In this document: positions 50,503 through 60,063 of the stretch, one piece after another
How the letters are laid out: every line of letters starts with the position of its first letter
How positions within the stretch are numbered: the stretch's first letter is position 1
Assembly: GCA_963741955.1 (NCBI GenBank)
Contig: CAVUKB010000010.1
Location: 32,001-96,000 of the forward strand
DNA length: 64,000 bases
Direction: 5' to 3'
From: an uncultured Acidobacteriota bacterium
GTDB lineage: Bacteria; Acidobacteriota; Thermoanaerobaculia; Gp7-AA8
Notes under the pieces: model-generated
Told to the model about the DNA's origin: nothing
Databases searched by the model: none
What the model saw: the letters and a program-made list of their open reading frames with translations, nothing else
Position numbers and translations under genes: made by a program

Positions 50503-51831
50503 ATGCCGAACGACCAGATCGCCCGAGTGGTCCTCGGAATGGCGGTGACCATCGCGCTGGCTGTTCTCGCCGCGCATCCGAAGGTGCGCCAATTCGAGCG
50601 GCGGCTGGGGCTGACGGTACTGGTGGCGTCCGGCCTTCCCTTTCTCATCCTCGGAGCGGTTTTCCGGCTCGAGTCCGTCGGTATTCTCACCGACCGCGTT
50701 CTGCACGACCTGAAGCCTGCGTTCGATTTCGGACTCGGATGGGTCGGTTTCGTGGTGGGAGCACAGCTCGACATCCGACGACTGGAGAGGCTTCCTTCGC
50801 GGCTCGGTCCGGTGATCGCGCTTCTCGCCTTCACCCCGACGCTCCTGACCGTGATCGCCTGTTCCCTGATCCTTCTGTCCCTCGGCGTATTTCCCGGCGA
50901 CGGACTGGTGCGGGACACGATCGTCCTTGCGGCGTGTGCCGCCGCGAGCGCGCCGGGAAATCTGAAACTGCTGCTGCGTCATGCGCGTCCCGCCGCCGTG
51001 CAGCTGGTGATCGAGATCACCCGGATCGACCAGGTCGCCGCGCTCGGGATCTTCGCCTTCGTCGCGATCACTTTCCGCCCCGCTGCGGGTATCGCAACGT
51101 GGGTGCTTCCGCGAAGTGCATGGCTGCTGGTGACACTCGGTGTCGGTACGTTGCTCGGAGCGCTGACCTACATCCTGATATGGAGAGTCCGGGACGAGAT
51201 CGAACGGACCACGATTCTCATCGGCGGGGTGGCTCTCGCCGCGGGTACCGCGGGCTATCTGGCGGTCTCCGTTCCGGTGGTCTGCGCAATTGCCGGCGCG
51301 TTGATGATGAACCTCCCGCTGCCGGATGCCGAGCCGATGAGGAAGACGCTCGCTACGGTGGAGCGGCCACTCTATCTCCTGTTCCTCTTCATCCTCGGCG
51401 CCTCATGGCAACCAGGCCAGTGGGAGGGTTGGGTTCTTGCGCTCGGATTCGTCCTGGCCAGAAACTACGGGAAACTCGTCGCGTCGCGCTGGGCGGTGCG
51501 AGTCGGTCCGGAGGGACTTCCGTCGGCCCCGGCCATGGCCGTCGCGCTGATGCCGGAGAGCCCCATCGCGATCGTGGTGATCTTCAGTGCCGCGACTCTC
51601 TACTCCGGATATCCGTCGTCTGACGTTCTCTGGGTCATCCACGCCGTGATCATCGGAAGCATTCTCACCGACGTCACCGTACAGATCGTTCAGCGCCGTC
51701 AGGCGGCGAGGATCGGGATCGACGAGACCTATCCTGGCGCGAAGCGGAATGAGGAGACTCATCCGCGCCCACCTCGAGCGAGGCGAGGAGGAGGGGAGAA
51801 GGAACCGAAGTCGAAAGGAGTCGAAACGTGA
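50503..51831 (+). CDS. Cation:proton antiporter-like membrane protein (divergent)
   Basis: About 12 TM helices; LGWVGFVVGAQLD and VERPLY motifs; GTGA overlap with the next gene. Confidence 0.7.
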   Translation: MPNDQIARVVLGMAVTIALAVLAAHPKVRQFERRLGLTVLVASGLPFLILGAVFRLESVGILTDRVLHDLKPAFDFGLGWVGFVVGAQLDIRRLERLPSRLGPVIALLAFTPTLLTVIACSLILLSLGVFPGDGLVRDTIVLAACAAASAPGNLKLLLRHARPAAVQLVIEITRIDQVAALGIFAFVAITFRPAAGIATWVLPRSAWLLVTLGVGTLLGALTYILIWRVRDEIERTTILIGGVALAAGTAGYLAVSVPVVCAIAGALMMNLPLPDAEPMRKTLATVERPLYLLFLFILGASWQPGQWEGWVLALGFVLARNYGKLVASRWAVRVGPEGLPSAPAMAVALMPESPIAIVVIFSAATLYSGYPSSDVLWVIHAVIIGSILTDVTVQIVQRRQAARIGIDETYPGAKRNEETHPRPPRARRGGGEKEPKSKGVET

Positions 51832-53180
51832 CGCGATCGACGATCACCCTCCTTCTGGTAGCCGGGATCACATATGCGGCGCGCTCGTTCATTCCCGCCG
51901 GCGAAGCGGGAACGAGCTCCGGAACCACTCTCGCCTTCGGGTTTCTCCTCGTCGCGGCGATCCAGGCGGGTCACGTCTTTCACGGCCTGAAGCTTCCGCA
52001 CCTGACCGGATTCATTCTCTGCGGACTCGTGTTCGGTCCGGAGATCACGGGCCTCGTCTCCCACACCATGGTAGCGGATCTGACGCTGATCAAAGGGGTG
52101 GCCATCGGCTACATCGCACTTCTCGCCGGCTGTGAGCTGAACCTTCGAAAACAGAAGATGAGGCTGCGAAACATCCTCTCCTACTGGTTCTTCGGACTGA
52201 CCGCGGCGGCAGTGCTTCTCTTCATCGCCTTCTTCTTCATGACCGGCTGGCTGCCGCTGACTTCTTCGATGACATTGCTGGAGCGGGCCGCGGTTTCGCT
52301 GGTTTGTGCCAACGTACTCTGTGCCTTCTCCTCACCGGTGGTGATCGGAATCATCAACGAGGCGAAAGCGAGTGGTCCGTTCAGCGAGATCGCGATCTCG
52401 GTCGCGGTTCTCGCCGATCTCACGGTCGTGGTGACGTTCTCGCTGAGCAGCTTTCTCGCAAGGGCGGTCTTTCCGCAGCAGAACGCACCGGGCGGTCTTC
52501 GCGTGCTGATCCTCCACATCTTCGGATCGATGGTGGTGGGGTTCGTCGTGGGAACGGTTCTGTCGCTCTACATGCGGCTGATCGGAACCCGCACCGGCCT
52601 GTTCATCTTCGCGGTCCTTTTCGTGGTCGCCGAGGCTGGACGGGTGCTGTATCTCAATCCACTCCTGGTCGGTCTGAGCGCAGGCTTCTTCCTGGAGAAC
52701 TTCTCGTCCGTGCGAGGTCACGAAGTGGCGGAGCAGTCGAGACCTGCGATTCTTCCGACCTACGCAATCTTCTTCACCGTGATCGGCGCGGAACTTCACG
52801 TGAGAGCATTTCTCGCCGTCGCGCCGTTCGCACTCCTGGCCGCAACGACCCGGGCCGCGGGCATTTTTACCGGGTCGTGGCTGGGGACGAAGTTCGCTCG
52901 CCTCGAGCACGACGTCTCGCGTTACATGCCGTACGGCATGTTTCCGCAGGCTGGAATCGCGATCGCACTCGCCACGCTGGTCCTGAACGAGTTCGGAGAA
53001 TGGGGAGCGGTGGTCGGCACGGTGCTGTTCGGCAGCATCGTGGTGAACGAGATGATCGGCCCGATCCTTTTCCGCGGAGCGATCGGTCGGGCCGGCGAGG
53101 CAGGACGCACCGAAAGCCCCGAACCCGCAGGGGAGGCCAGACACGAGGCTCGAGGCTTGAGGCTAGAGGCTCGGGACTAG
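51828..53180 (+). CDS. Cation:proton antiporter (CPA2-like)
   Basis: LPHLTGFILCGLVFGP, IALLAGCEL, FFTVIGAEL, PQAGIAIALA and NEMIGP motifs. Confidence 0.82.
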   Translation: MTRSTITLLLVAGITYAARSFIPAGEAGTSSGTTLAFGFLLVAAIQAGHVFHGLKLPHLTGFILCGLVFGPEITGLVSHTMVADLTLIKGVAIGYIALLAGCELNLRKQKMRLRNILSYWFFGLTAAAVLLFIAFFFMTGWLPLTSSMTLLERAAVSLVCANVLCAFSSPVVIGIINEAKASGPFSEIAISVAVLADLTVVVTFSLSSFLARAVFPQQNAPGGLRVLILHIFGSMVVGFVVGTVLSLYMRLIGTRTGLFIFAVLFVVAEAGRVLYLNPLLVGLSAGFFLENFSSVRGHEVAEQSRPAILPTYAIFFTVIGAELHVRAFLAVAPFALLAATTRAAGIFTGSWLGTKFARLEHDVSRYMPYGMFPQAGIAIALATLVLNEFGEWGAVVGTVLFGSIVVNEMIGPILFRGAIGRAGEAGRTESPEPAGEARHEARGLRLEARD

Positions 53181-53346
53181 AGGCTCGAGGCTAGCGGACC
53201 GCGGCGGGAGAATAGAATTCGTATTTTCGGTCCTCGAACTGAATTTCTTTCTGAAAAGTGATGAATATGAAGAATAAAACCTTCACTCTTCACTTTCGAG
53301 GCTCGAGCCTCGGACCTCGAGCCTCGAGCCTCGAGCCTCGAGCCTC
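53145..53346. repeat. Inverted GAGGCTN heptamer arrays enclosing an AT-rich 31-bp-phased cassette
   Basis: 7 GAGGCTN-type units at 53145-53193; boxes at 53210, 53241 and 53272; 6 GAGCCTC-type units at 53305-53346. Confidence 0.85.
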
Positions 53347-54426
53347 GGATCCCGCGTCTCCCGGTTCTCCCGGGGCCAGCTCCTCCCCCGGGCGTCGCGG
53401 TTTTCCGAGATCCGCGAAGTCGCGCATGTGTACGGCGAGGCCGTAGTCGGGAAGGTTGCGCGTGAAGCCCGCGACGAGCTGATTGTTGTAGTGCGCCAGG
53501 AAGAAGTCGAACGGATCACTCGGATCGGTGTCGATGACCTCCATTTCGGCCCGCACCATGAAGAGCTTCCCCATCCTGAGAGTGCCGTTCTTGAAGAACA
53601 TGTAGTTTTTTGCTTCGACCGGGAGGGAGAGTTTCGCCATCTTTTCCGGTGAGCCGAAGATCTGGACCATCTCGTCGGGAGTGATCTCGATTCCGGTCAG
53701 CGTTCCCTCCATCGCCGGTGGAGGGAGGAGCTTCAGCGGATCGAGAAGGAGGTCGTTCTTTTCGGCACGAACGCCTTTCGCTTTGCTCAGATCCAGAAAC
53801 TTTTCCAGAGAGATCCCGACCGCCTTCATCAGACCTTTTCCGTTCAGGCCGCAGATCCGGATGCTGGTCGGATGAAGACGGATCTCTCCTCCGGGGGTGA
53901 CGCTCACGTCGGCGAGGAGGGAGAAGGGGATGTCGATGACCTTGTGGATGATCCCTTCCTGTTTCAGCTGTCCGTTCTGCATGGAGACGGTCAGGTCACG
54001 CAGCGGTGCCCCAGGGTAGTTGAACACGTAATGGTTCATCAGGTCGGTCAGGCTTCGTCCATCCACGCCCACTCTCGCGTACGCGATCTCGATCACGAAG
54101 GAGCTCGGGTCGTCGAAGTTGAGAGGCGTTCCGATCTCCTTGTCGTGCATCTCGGCGAGGAGCTCGTGCACGTGGAGGATGATCGTAGGGTCGATGCGGA
54201 AGAGGACGTTCCGCATCTCCGTCGCCGTCTTCTTCGCCGGGATCGCTTCCTTCGGAACGTCGAACGTGGCATAGCCGACAGACGATACCGGTGCGGGTCG
54301 CGGAATGCCGTCGTTCGCGGGGGGGCGCGGGACGCAGCAGCAGGCGGGAAACAGCAGGAGCGAGAGGATGACGAGAGCGGCGACCGTAAAGAGGATCGCA
54401 ACGGTCCCGCGTCTTTTCCATCTCAT
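53290..54426 (-). CDS. Hypothetical exported/membrane-anchored beta-rich protein
   Basis: Hydrophobic N-terminus ending FPACCC and a globular-looking composition; C-terminal tail encoded by heptamer repeats. Confidence 0.75.
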   Translation of the reverse strand: MRWKRRGTVAILFTVAALVILSLLLFPACCCVPRPPANDGIPRPAPVSSVGYATFDVPKEAIPAKKTATEMRNVLFRIDPTIILHVHELLAEMHDKEIGTPLNFDDPSSFVIEIAYARVGVDGRSLTDLMNHYVFNYPGAPLRDLTVSMQNGQLKQEGIIHKVIDIPFSLLADVSVTPGGEIRLHPTSIRICGLNGKGLMKAVGISLEKFLDLSKAKGVRAEKNDLLLDPLKLLPPPAMEGTLTGIEITPDEMVQIFGSPEKMAKLSLPVEAKNYMFFKNGTLRMGKLFMVRAEMEVIDTDPSDPFDFFLAHYNNQLVAGFTRNLPDYGLAVHMRDFADLGKPRRPGEELAPGEPGDAGSEARGSRLEARGPRLEPRK

Positions 54427-54513
54427 GCGGCGGGGTCATTCACGACGCTTGCCACCGCTGAAATCGCTACCCGGTCGAGGCCAGCCGTCCTCCGATCCGT
54501 CGCGTCGTGACGG

Positions 54514-55239
54514 TCAACTTTCGCCCTCCATGCTGGCCTCGGCGCATTTCCGAATCAGCTCGCGGCCGGCGACGTCGGATTTGACGTACGTCTTGCAGAG
54601 CAGATCGATCTGTTCGATCGGCTCGGTCGCCAGAACCGTGAACCCTTCGTCCGGTTGTTCCGGATTGAATGTCCATTTCCGGTCCCACCGGTTCTTCACC
54701 AGCCGGCATCGGATGAATCCGCGATGATGCGCGAGGCGTTTGTCGGGTATCAGATGCTTGTTTTTCGAAGCTTCGGCGGATTCGGGCTGGTCGAGCGCGA
54801 CCACTCCCGAGCGGAACGTCGGCATGTCCCGTTCGGTGACAGGACCCACGCCCCGCGCGTTCGCAACCTGCTCTGCGAGCCCTCGGGTCACCAGAACCCC
54901 GACCACTTTCTTGAGGACCGTCGCCGATTCACTTTCAAAATCGGTGAAGAGGAGACCGGACTGGTAGACGGTCAGCCCATCGTCACCGGGAGCGAACCGA
55001 TGGACCTTGCAGGAGACGACGATGCAGGTGGCGTGAATGGTTCCGTGCTCTGATTCCAGACGGAAGCGGGAGCTCTGGCCGGTCTTCAGACGGGTGTAGT
55101 GCTCGACCCGCGCTCCCGATTCGCTCACGTCGACCACGAGCACACCGAGGGTTCCAACGCGTCCCACCAGCGGTCGAGCAAGCTGTACGCGCTGTCGTTT
55201 CCGGCGCTCGCGCCGGGATTGAGCCATCGGTCCGCTCAT
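54514..55239 (-). CDS. PilZ domain protein with uncharacterised C-terminal domain
   Basis: RxxxR (RKRQR) and DxSxxG (DVSESG) c-di-GMP-binding motifs. Confidence 0.8.
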   Translation of the reverse strand: MSGPMAQSRRERRKRQRVQLARPLVGRVGTLGVLVVDVSESGARVEHYTRLKTGQSSRFRLESEHGTIHATCIVVSCKVHRFAPGDDGLTVYQSGLLFTDFESESATVLKKVVGVLVTRGLAEQVANARGVGPVTERDMPTFRSGVVALDQPESAEASKNKHLIPDKRLAHHRGFIRCRLVKNRWDRKWTFNPEQPDEGFTVLATEPIEQIDLLCKTYVKSDVAGRELIRKCAEASMEGES

Positions 55240-55636
55240 CATTATTGATGGACCCTTGCCATCCTCGGTTTGATGGATCGATTCATCGTAGCCCCGCTCT
55301 GAAACGTCGTCAACGGAATCCCCCGGCCGCCTCGTTCCGCCCGTGGCGAGACCACATGAATCCACGTGGTGTGGTCGAACACTCGACTGGTGTGAAGAAG
55401 ACGCGCCGAAGCCGAATTTCGACCCGGCCCGTTCGGTCGGCCATATTGGCAGTTTCGTGACAGATGAAACCGAACGATTGTTCGGTTCACGATGACGGAG
55501 AGTCCGATCCGTCTCCTGGTGCCCTTGTTCATTCCTTCACCTGCCCGGCCGTTTCAGCAGGCCAGTCCGGTCTCCACGCGAGACTTCATTCCGCCCGGAT
55601 CAGGATACCACCCCACGCTGCGGGAAGAAGATGGAT

Positions 55637-56707
55637 TCAGGAGGGAACCGCCCGCCCTTCGCCGAAGCCGAGAACCCAGAATCGGGGGCGGGAGATCCAC
55701 TTGCGCTGGAGGAGAGCCTGCAGTCGTTCCGCGGGCTCGAGCTGGCCGTCGTCACCGAGGTGGAACGTGCCGAAGTGAATCGCAACCGAGGTGGAGGCTC
55801 GGAGGGTGTCGTGCGCGCGGAGCGCATCATCCGGAGAGAGATGGACCTGCGACATGAACCACTCCGGCCGGAAAGCGCCGATCGGGAGGAGTGCGAGGCG
55901 GGGGCTTCCGAACCGCCGGCGGATCTCTTCGAAATGAGGACCGAATCCGGTATCGCCGGCGAAGTAGACCAATCCACTCCCGGTTTCGAGGACGAACCCG
56001 CACCATAACGTCGCGTCACGGTCACCGAATCCGCGTGAGGAGAAGTGCTGTGCCGGAACGGCGTGAATTCTCACCCCCGACCCGCGGTCCGTCGTCTCCC
56101 ACCAGTCGAGCTCCTCCACCGGTGAGATTCCGTTCCGTTCGAGAAGTTCCCGGTTTCCGAGACCGGTGACGAAGAGCGGAGCATGTTTCGTGGCCAGCCG
56201 TTCGAGAGTAGGGAGGTCGAGGTGATCGTAGTGGTTGTGGCTTATCAGAACGATGTCGATTGGAGGGAGCTGCTCGAACGGAACGCCCGGGGCGACGCGC
56301 CGCACCGGCCCTGCCCATGAGACGGGGCTGCACCGCTCGGACCAGACCGGATCCGTGAGGACGTTCAGGCCTCCGGTCTGAATCAGAACCGTCGCGTGGT
56401 TGACGAACGTCACCCGGAGGTCCGTGCCGCCGACACGCTCGGGGGGAGCCGGTTCCGGAGGAGTCTCGAGCCATTCGGACCACTCACCCGGATCTCGGGA
56501 GAGCATCCAGCGGATCATGTCGAACCCCCCGGCGTGGTGGAAATCGCCCGGATTGTAGAATCGCTCTCCGTCGAAGTGTGCGCTCCGCGGTCCGCGGTAG
56601 CGTGGCGCGGCAAAGCGCCGTCCCACGACGAAGAGAGCGCCCGCGCCGACCGCCGCGGCGCCGATGCCCCAGCCGAGAAAGCGTCGGAATGTCCTGGAAC
56701 GGCTCAT
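55637..56707 (-). CDS. MBL-fold metallo-hydrolase (NAPE-PLD/RomA-like)
   Basis: HATVLI, TDPVWSER, SHNHYDHLD, PAQHFS, FAGDTG, LPIGAF and IHFGTF motifs. Confidence 0.9.
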   Translation of the reverse strand: MSRSRTFRRFLGWGIGAAAVGAGALFVVGRRFAAPRYRGPRSAHFDGERFYNPGDFHHAGGFDMIRWMLSRDPGEWSEWLETPPEPAPPERVGGTDLRVTFVNHATVLIQTGGLNVLTDPVWSERCSPVSWAGPVRRVAPGVPFEQLPPIDIVLISHNHYDHLDLPTLERLATKHAPLFVTGLGNRELLERNGISPVEELDWWETTDRGSGVRIHAVPAQHFSSRGFGDRDATLWCGFVLETGSGLVYFAGDTGFGPHFEEIRRRFGSPRLALLPIGAFRPEWFMSQVHLSPDDALRAHDTLRASTSVAIHFGTFHLGDDGQLEPAERLQALLQRKWISRPRFWVLGFGEGRAVPS

Positions 56708-56822
56708 CCGGCGAGGATAGTGCTCCATCGATGCCAGGGGCAATCCGGCGCGCTCAGATCGGGTCAGAATCCTTCGCGGTCTCCCTTTCCCGGGAAGAGA
56801 GGGTGAGTTCAGGCGAGCCGGA

Positions 56823-58667
56823 TCACCTCCCGAGAAGCTCCCGGAGATGCTGTTGCTGTGCGTCGGTTGTATCGGGCCGTACCTCGAGCTTCCAGTTCTT
56901 CCCGGGCTCCTGTCCGAAAGTCACATCGATGCGCGAGAGTCTCTCCCTCCGGGCGACGAGCAGCGAGACCCGTTCTCCGGGGCGGTATTGCGCGAGCCGC
57001 GTCTCCAGGGCGTCCGGAGGAATCCGGAAGTCGTCGAACGCGAGCAACTCGTCTCCGACGGAGATGCCGGCATTCCAGGCGGGACTTCCGCGACGAATTG
57101 AAGAGACGACGAGCCGTCCGCCCGCCGAGGTGACTTCGGCGCCGAGCCATGCGGATGGGGCGCAGCGGCCGGGAGGTTCGGTGTCCGGTGCCTTCGCAGG
57201 TTCCGTGCATTCGGGCCGAGGCTTCTCCGCGGAGAACCGCAGCCCGTACCAGGAGAGCGCCGGGAGGTAATCGAGCTCCTCCGGCCGGTCCACTGCGTGG
57301 TGGAACCATTGCGAGAGATCCGACCCGGCGACTTCTGATGCGGTCTGCCGGAACTCCTGCGGCTGGTATCCTCGAGCTCCGGCATACCGCCGGAATGCGA
57401 GCCGCATCACGTCGTCGAGGGAACGGCGGCCGGCGGTCGTCTCCCGGATCTTCGCGTCGAGAAGCAGAGCGATCGCTTCTCCCTTCGGGTAGTAGCTCAC
57501 CGTGACGTTGGCGGTGTTCTCGTTCCGGCGGTAAAGTCCGATCCAGGCGTCGAAGGAAGCTTCTCCGACCGGTTCGACCAGACGTCCGGGAGTGTTCTGT
57601 ACCTGCTGCACCGCGCGTGAGAAGAGATCGAGGAGCTCCTCCCGGGTGATCAGCCCGGCCCGGGCGAGGGTCAGGTCTCCATAATAGCTGGTGAACCCTT
57701 CAGCGACCCAGAGATCCGGAGTGTAGACTTCGTGCTCGTAATCGAACGGCCCGAGAGCGACGGGGCGGAGGCGCTTCACATTCCAGGCGTGGAAGTATTC
57801 GTGGCTGACCAGGCCGAGCCACCGGATGTAGCCCTCGCGGGTCCGCATCTGGAACGGATGGGTCATCAGCAGGGTCGAAGATTTGTGCTCGAGACCTCCT
57901 CCCGCATCGACGATCATGTTGAAGAAGACGTAATGGTCGTAGGGGAGAAAGCCCCACATCCGGCGATTCTCGCGTACGATCGCTTCGACGTCGCGCGTCG
58001 CGCGCTCTCCGTCCCACAAACCTCCCTCGCCTTCGTTCACCAGGAGGTGCCGCTTGCCGTCGACCTCGAAGGGGTAGACCGCGGCGTTGCCGGCGTAGAT
58101 CGGTGAATCGACGAGCGTATCGTAGTCCGGCGCGGTGTAACGGTCCGGTGCGTCGCCGGCCGGATCGAGCGCGGTGATCGACTCCCTCCACTCCGGCGGA
58201 CGAACCACCGTCACCTCGTACGGCTGATGGAGATGGTCGACCGGAGTGATGAAGGTCGGAGCGCCGTTCAGCATTGCGAACGTACTCCCGACCCAGTTTC
58301 CCTGCACGCTCATCTGCCGGGCGTAAACGCGGTACGTGAGCGTGATCTCGCGTTTTCCCCTGGAGTCGATTCTCCAGCGGTTTTTCGATGTTTTCACGAT
58401 CGGGAGATCCTCACCATCTGCAGAGCGGGCTGCGATCCGTTCGACGTACTGCGAATATTCGCGGACGAGATACGAGCCCGGCGTCCAGATCGGCATCATC
58501 AGTTCGACCGCTCGCCCGGCAGCAGGCTGGATGGTCTCCTCGACGTCCACGTAGTGCGTGGCCCGGTCGGGAAACGTGAGGCGGTAGCGAACGGGAGAGG
58601 ACGCGCCGAACAACGAGGGAGCGACGATCGACGCGGCGAGGGTGATGAGGATTGCAAATCTGCGCAC
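56823..58667 (-). CDS. M61 family (glycyl aminopeptidase-like) metallopeptidase with PDZ domain
   Basis: WTPGSY, LVDSP, GGGLEH, SHEYFHAWNVKR, EGFTSYY and SYYPKG motifs; C-terminal PDZ (GSPA..AG). Confidence 0.92.
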   Translation of the reverse strand: MRRFAILITLAASIVAPSLFGASSPVRYRLTFPDRATHYVDVEETIQPAAGRAVELMMPIWTPGSYLVREYSQYVERIAARSADGEDLPIVKTSKNRWRIDSRGKREITLTYRVYARQMSVQGNWVGSTFAMLNGAPTFITPVDHLHQPYEVTVVRPPEWRESITALDPAGDAPDRYTAPDYDTLVDSPIYAGNAAVYPFEVDGKRHLLVNEGEGGLWDGERATRDVEAIVRENRRMWGFLPYDHYVFFNMIVDAGGGLEHKSSTLLMTHPFQMRTREGYIRWLGLVSHEYFHAWNVKRLRPVALGPFDYEHEVYTPDLWVAEGFTSYYGDLTLARAGLITREELLDLFSRAVQQVQNTPGRLVEPVGEASFDAWIGLYRRNENTANVTVSYYPKGEAIALLLDAKIRETTAGRRSLDDVMRLAFRRYAGARGYQPQEFRQTASEVAGSDLSQWFHHAVDRPEELDYLPALSWYGLRFSAEKPRPECTEPAKAPDTEPPGRCAPSAWLGAEVTSAGGRLVVSSIRRGSPAWNAGISVGDELLAFDDFRIPPDALETRLAQYRPGERVSLLVARRERLSRIDVTFGQEPGKNWKLEVRPDTTDAQQQHLRELLGR

Positions 58668-58853
58668 GAGACCTCCGAAAGTGGGAATGGGCGATCCATG
58701 GTAGCGCAACGGCCCCTTGCAGAGCGTGATCCGCGCTTCCATCTCGACAACGTTGCTTCGCGAGAATTCCGTGAACCTCGTCCGGGTTCTGCTTCTCCGG
58801 CGCGGGCGGAGCCTGTCTCTCCCCGCCGACTCTATTGCAGCGGTGATACATCG

Positions 58854-59945
58854 ATGAGTTTACGGTCCTTCTTCGCGGCATCATTCGCTCTTCTCTCCAT
58901 CCTGCTGATCGTTTCGTGCGATCGAATCGAAGAGAGCGACACGGCTCTCGCCAGCAGCAGTCGTTCCGTCTTCGGTACGATTCCCCAGGCGGAGCCTGGT
59001 GCGGAGCACGATTCGGCGGCGCTGGTGGCCCTCGGCCGCAAGCTCTATTTCGATTCGCGGCTCTCGATCAACGGCACCCAGTCCTGCAACAGTTGCCATC
59101 GGCTGGACGAAGGTCTCGCCGGCGTGGATCATCTCCGCACCTCCCTCGGCGCGGAAGGGAAGCCGGGAGCGCGGAACGCTCCGACCGTTCTCAATGCCGG
59201 CTTCAATTTCGTGCAGTTCTGGGACGGCCGGGCCGCGAATCTCGAAGAGCAGGCGAAGGGTCCGATGCTCAACCCGGTGGAGATGGCCATGCCGGATGAA
59301 GCAACCCTCGTCGCGCGGGTCCGCCAGGCCCCGGAGTATGCCCGGTCGTTCCGTGAGGCCTACGGACCGCGGAACGCGACGATCACGTTCGATCGGATCG
59401 TCGGTGCGATCGCCGCGTTCGAGCGTACGCTTCGGACTCACGATCGCTTCGACGACTTTCAGAATGGACAGCTGAATGCTCTCACCGCGAAGGAAAAGGC
59501 GGGACTACGGCTGTTCATGAAAGAAGGATGCGCGAGTTGTCATCGCGGTCCGCTGGTAGGGGGCAACATCTACCAGAAGATCGGTATGGTCCACCCGTAT
59601 CCGACCAGCGATCAGGGTCGTTACGAGGTGACTCACAGGAACCTGGACCGATTCGTCTTCAAGGTTCCTTCTCTACGCAACGTTGCGCTGACGGCGCCGT
59701 ACTTTCACGATGGAGCGATCCCGAATCTCGACACGGCCGTGGAGAAGATGGCCTGGCACCAGCTGGGAAAGAAGCTGACCGCAGCGCAGCGGGAGGAGAT
59801 CGTGGCGTTTCTCGGATCGCTTTCCGATGAGAGCCGCGATACTGCGAAATCGAAGAGGGGAAGCCTGAAAAGCAGAAACGCGCACGCATCCGACGCGTCG
59901 GCCCGCCGCGGACGTGACCGTTCGCCGGGCGATCACGCGTCGTGA
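58854..59945 (+). CDS. Di-heme cytochrome c peroxidase (CcP/MauG family)
   Basis: Two CxxCH motifs (CNSCH, CASCH), RNAPTVLNA, QFWDGRA and FKVPSLRNV-TAPYFHDG; lipobox-like VSC. Confidence 0.93.
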   Translation: MSLRSFFAASFALLSILLIVSCDRIEESDTALASSSRSVFGTIPQAEPGAEHDSAALVALGRKLYFDSRLSINGTQSCNSCHRLDEGLAGVDHLRTSLGAEGKPGARNAPTVLNAGFNFVQFWDGRAANLEEQAKGPMLNPVEMAMPDEATLVARVRQAPEYARSFREAYGPRNATITFDRIVGAIAAFERTLRTHDRFDDFQNGQLNALTAKEKAGLRLFMKEGCASCHRGPLVGGNIYQKIGMVHPYPTSDQGRYEVTHRNLDRFVFKVPSLRNVALTAPYFHDGAIPNLDTAVEKMAWHQLGKKLTAAQREEIVAFLGSLSDESRDTAKSKRGSLKSRNAHASDASARRGRDRSPGDHAS

Positions 59946-60063
59946 GACACGATCCTCGAGAGCGTCTGCAACCCGCGATCGCCGCCTCTTGACTCCGCGG
60001 TCGTGACCCTCTCTAATGGCCGCGCACGCGCGGTGCGGGACAAGCACCTCTCCGCGTCTTCCG

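Noticed and set aside
55240-55636. Possible c-di-GMP riboswitch upstream of the PilZ gene
   Set aside because: I could not find the conserved GEMM motif elements on the minus strand; an Rfam/Infernal scan would settle it.
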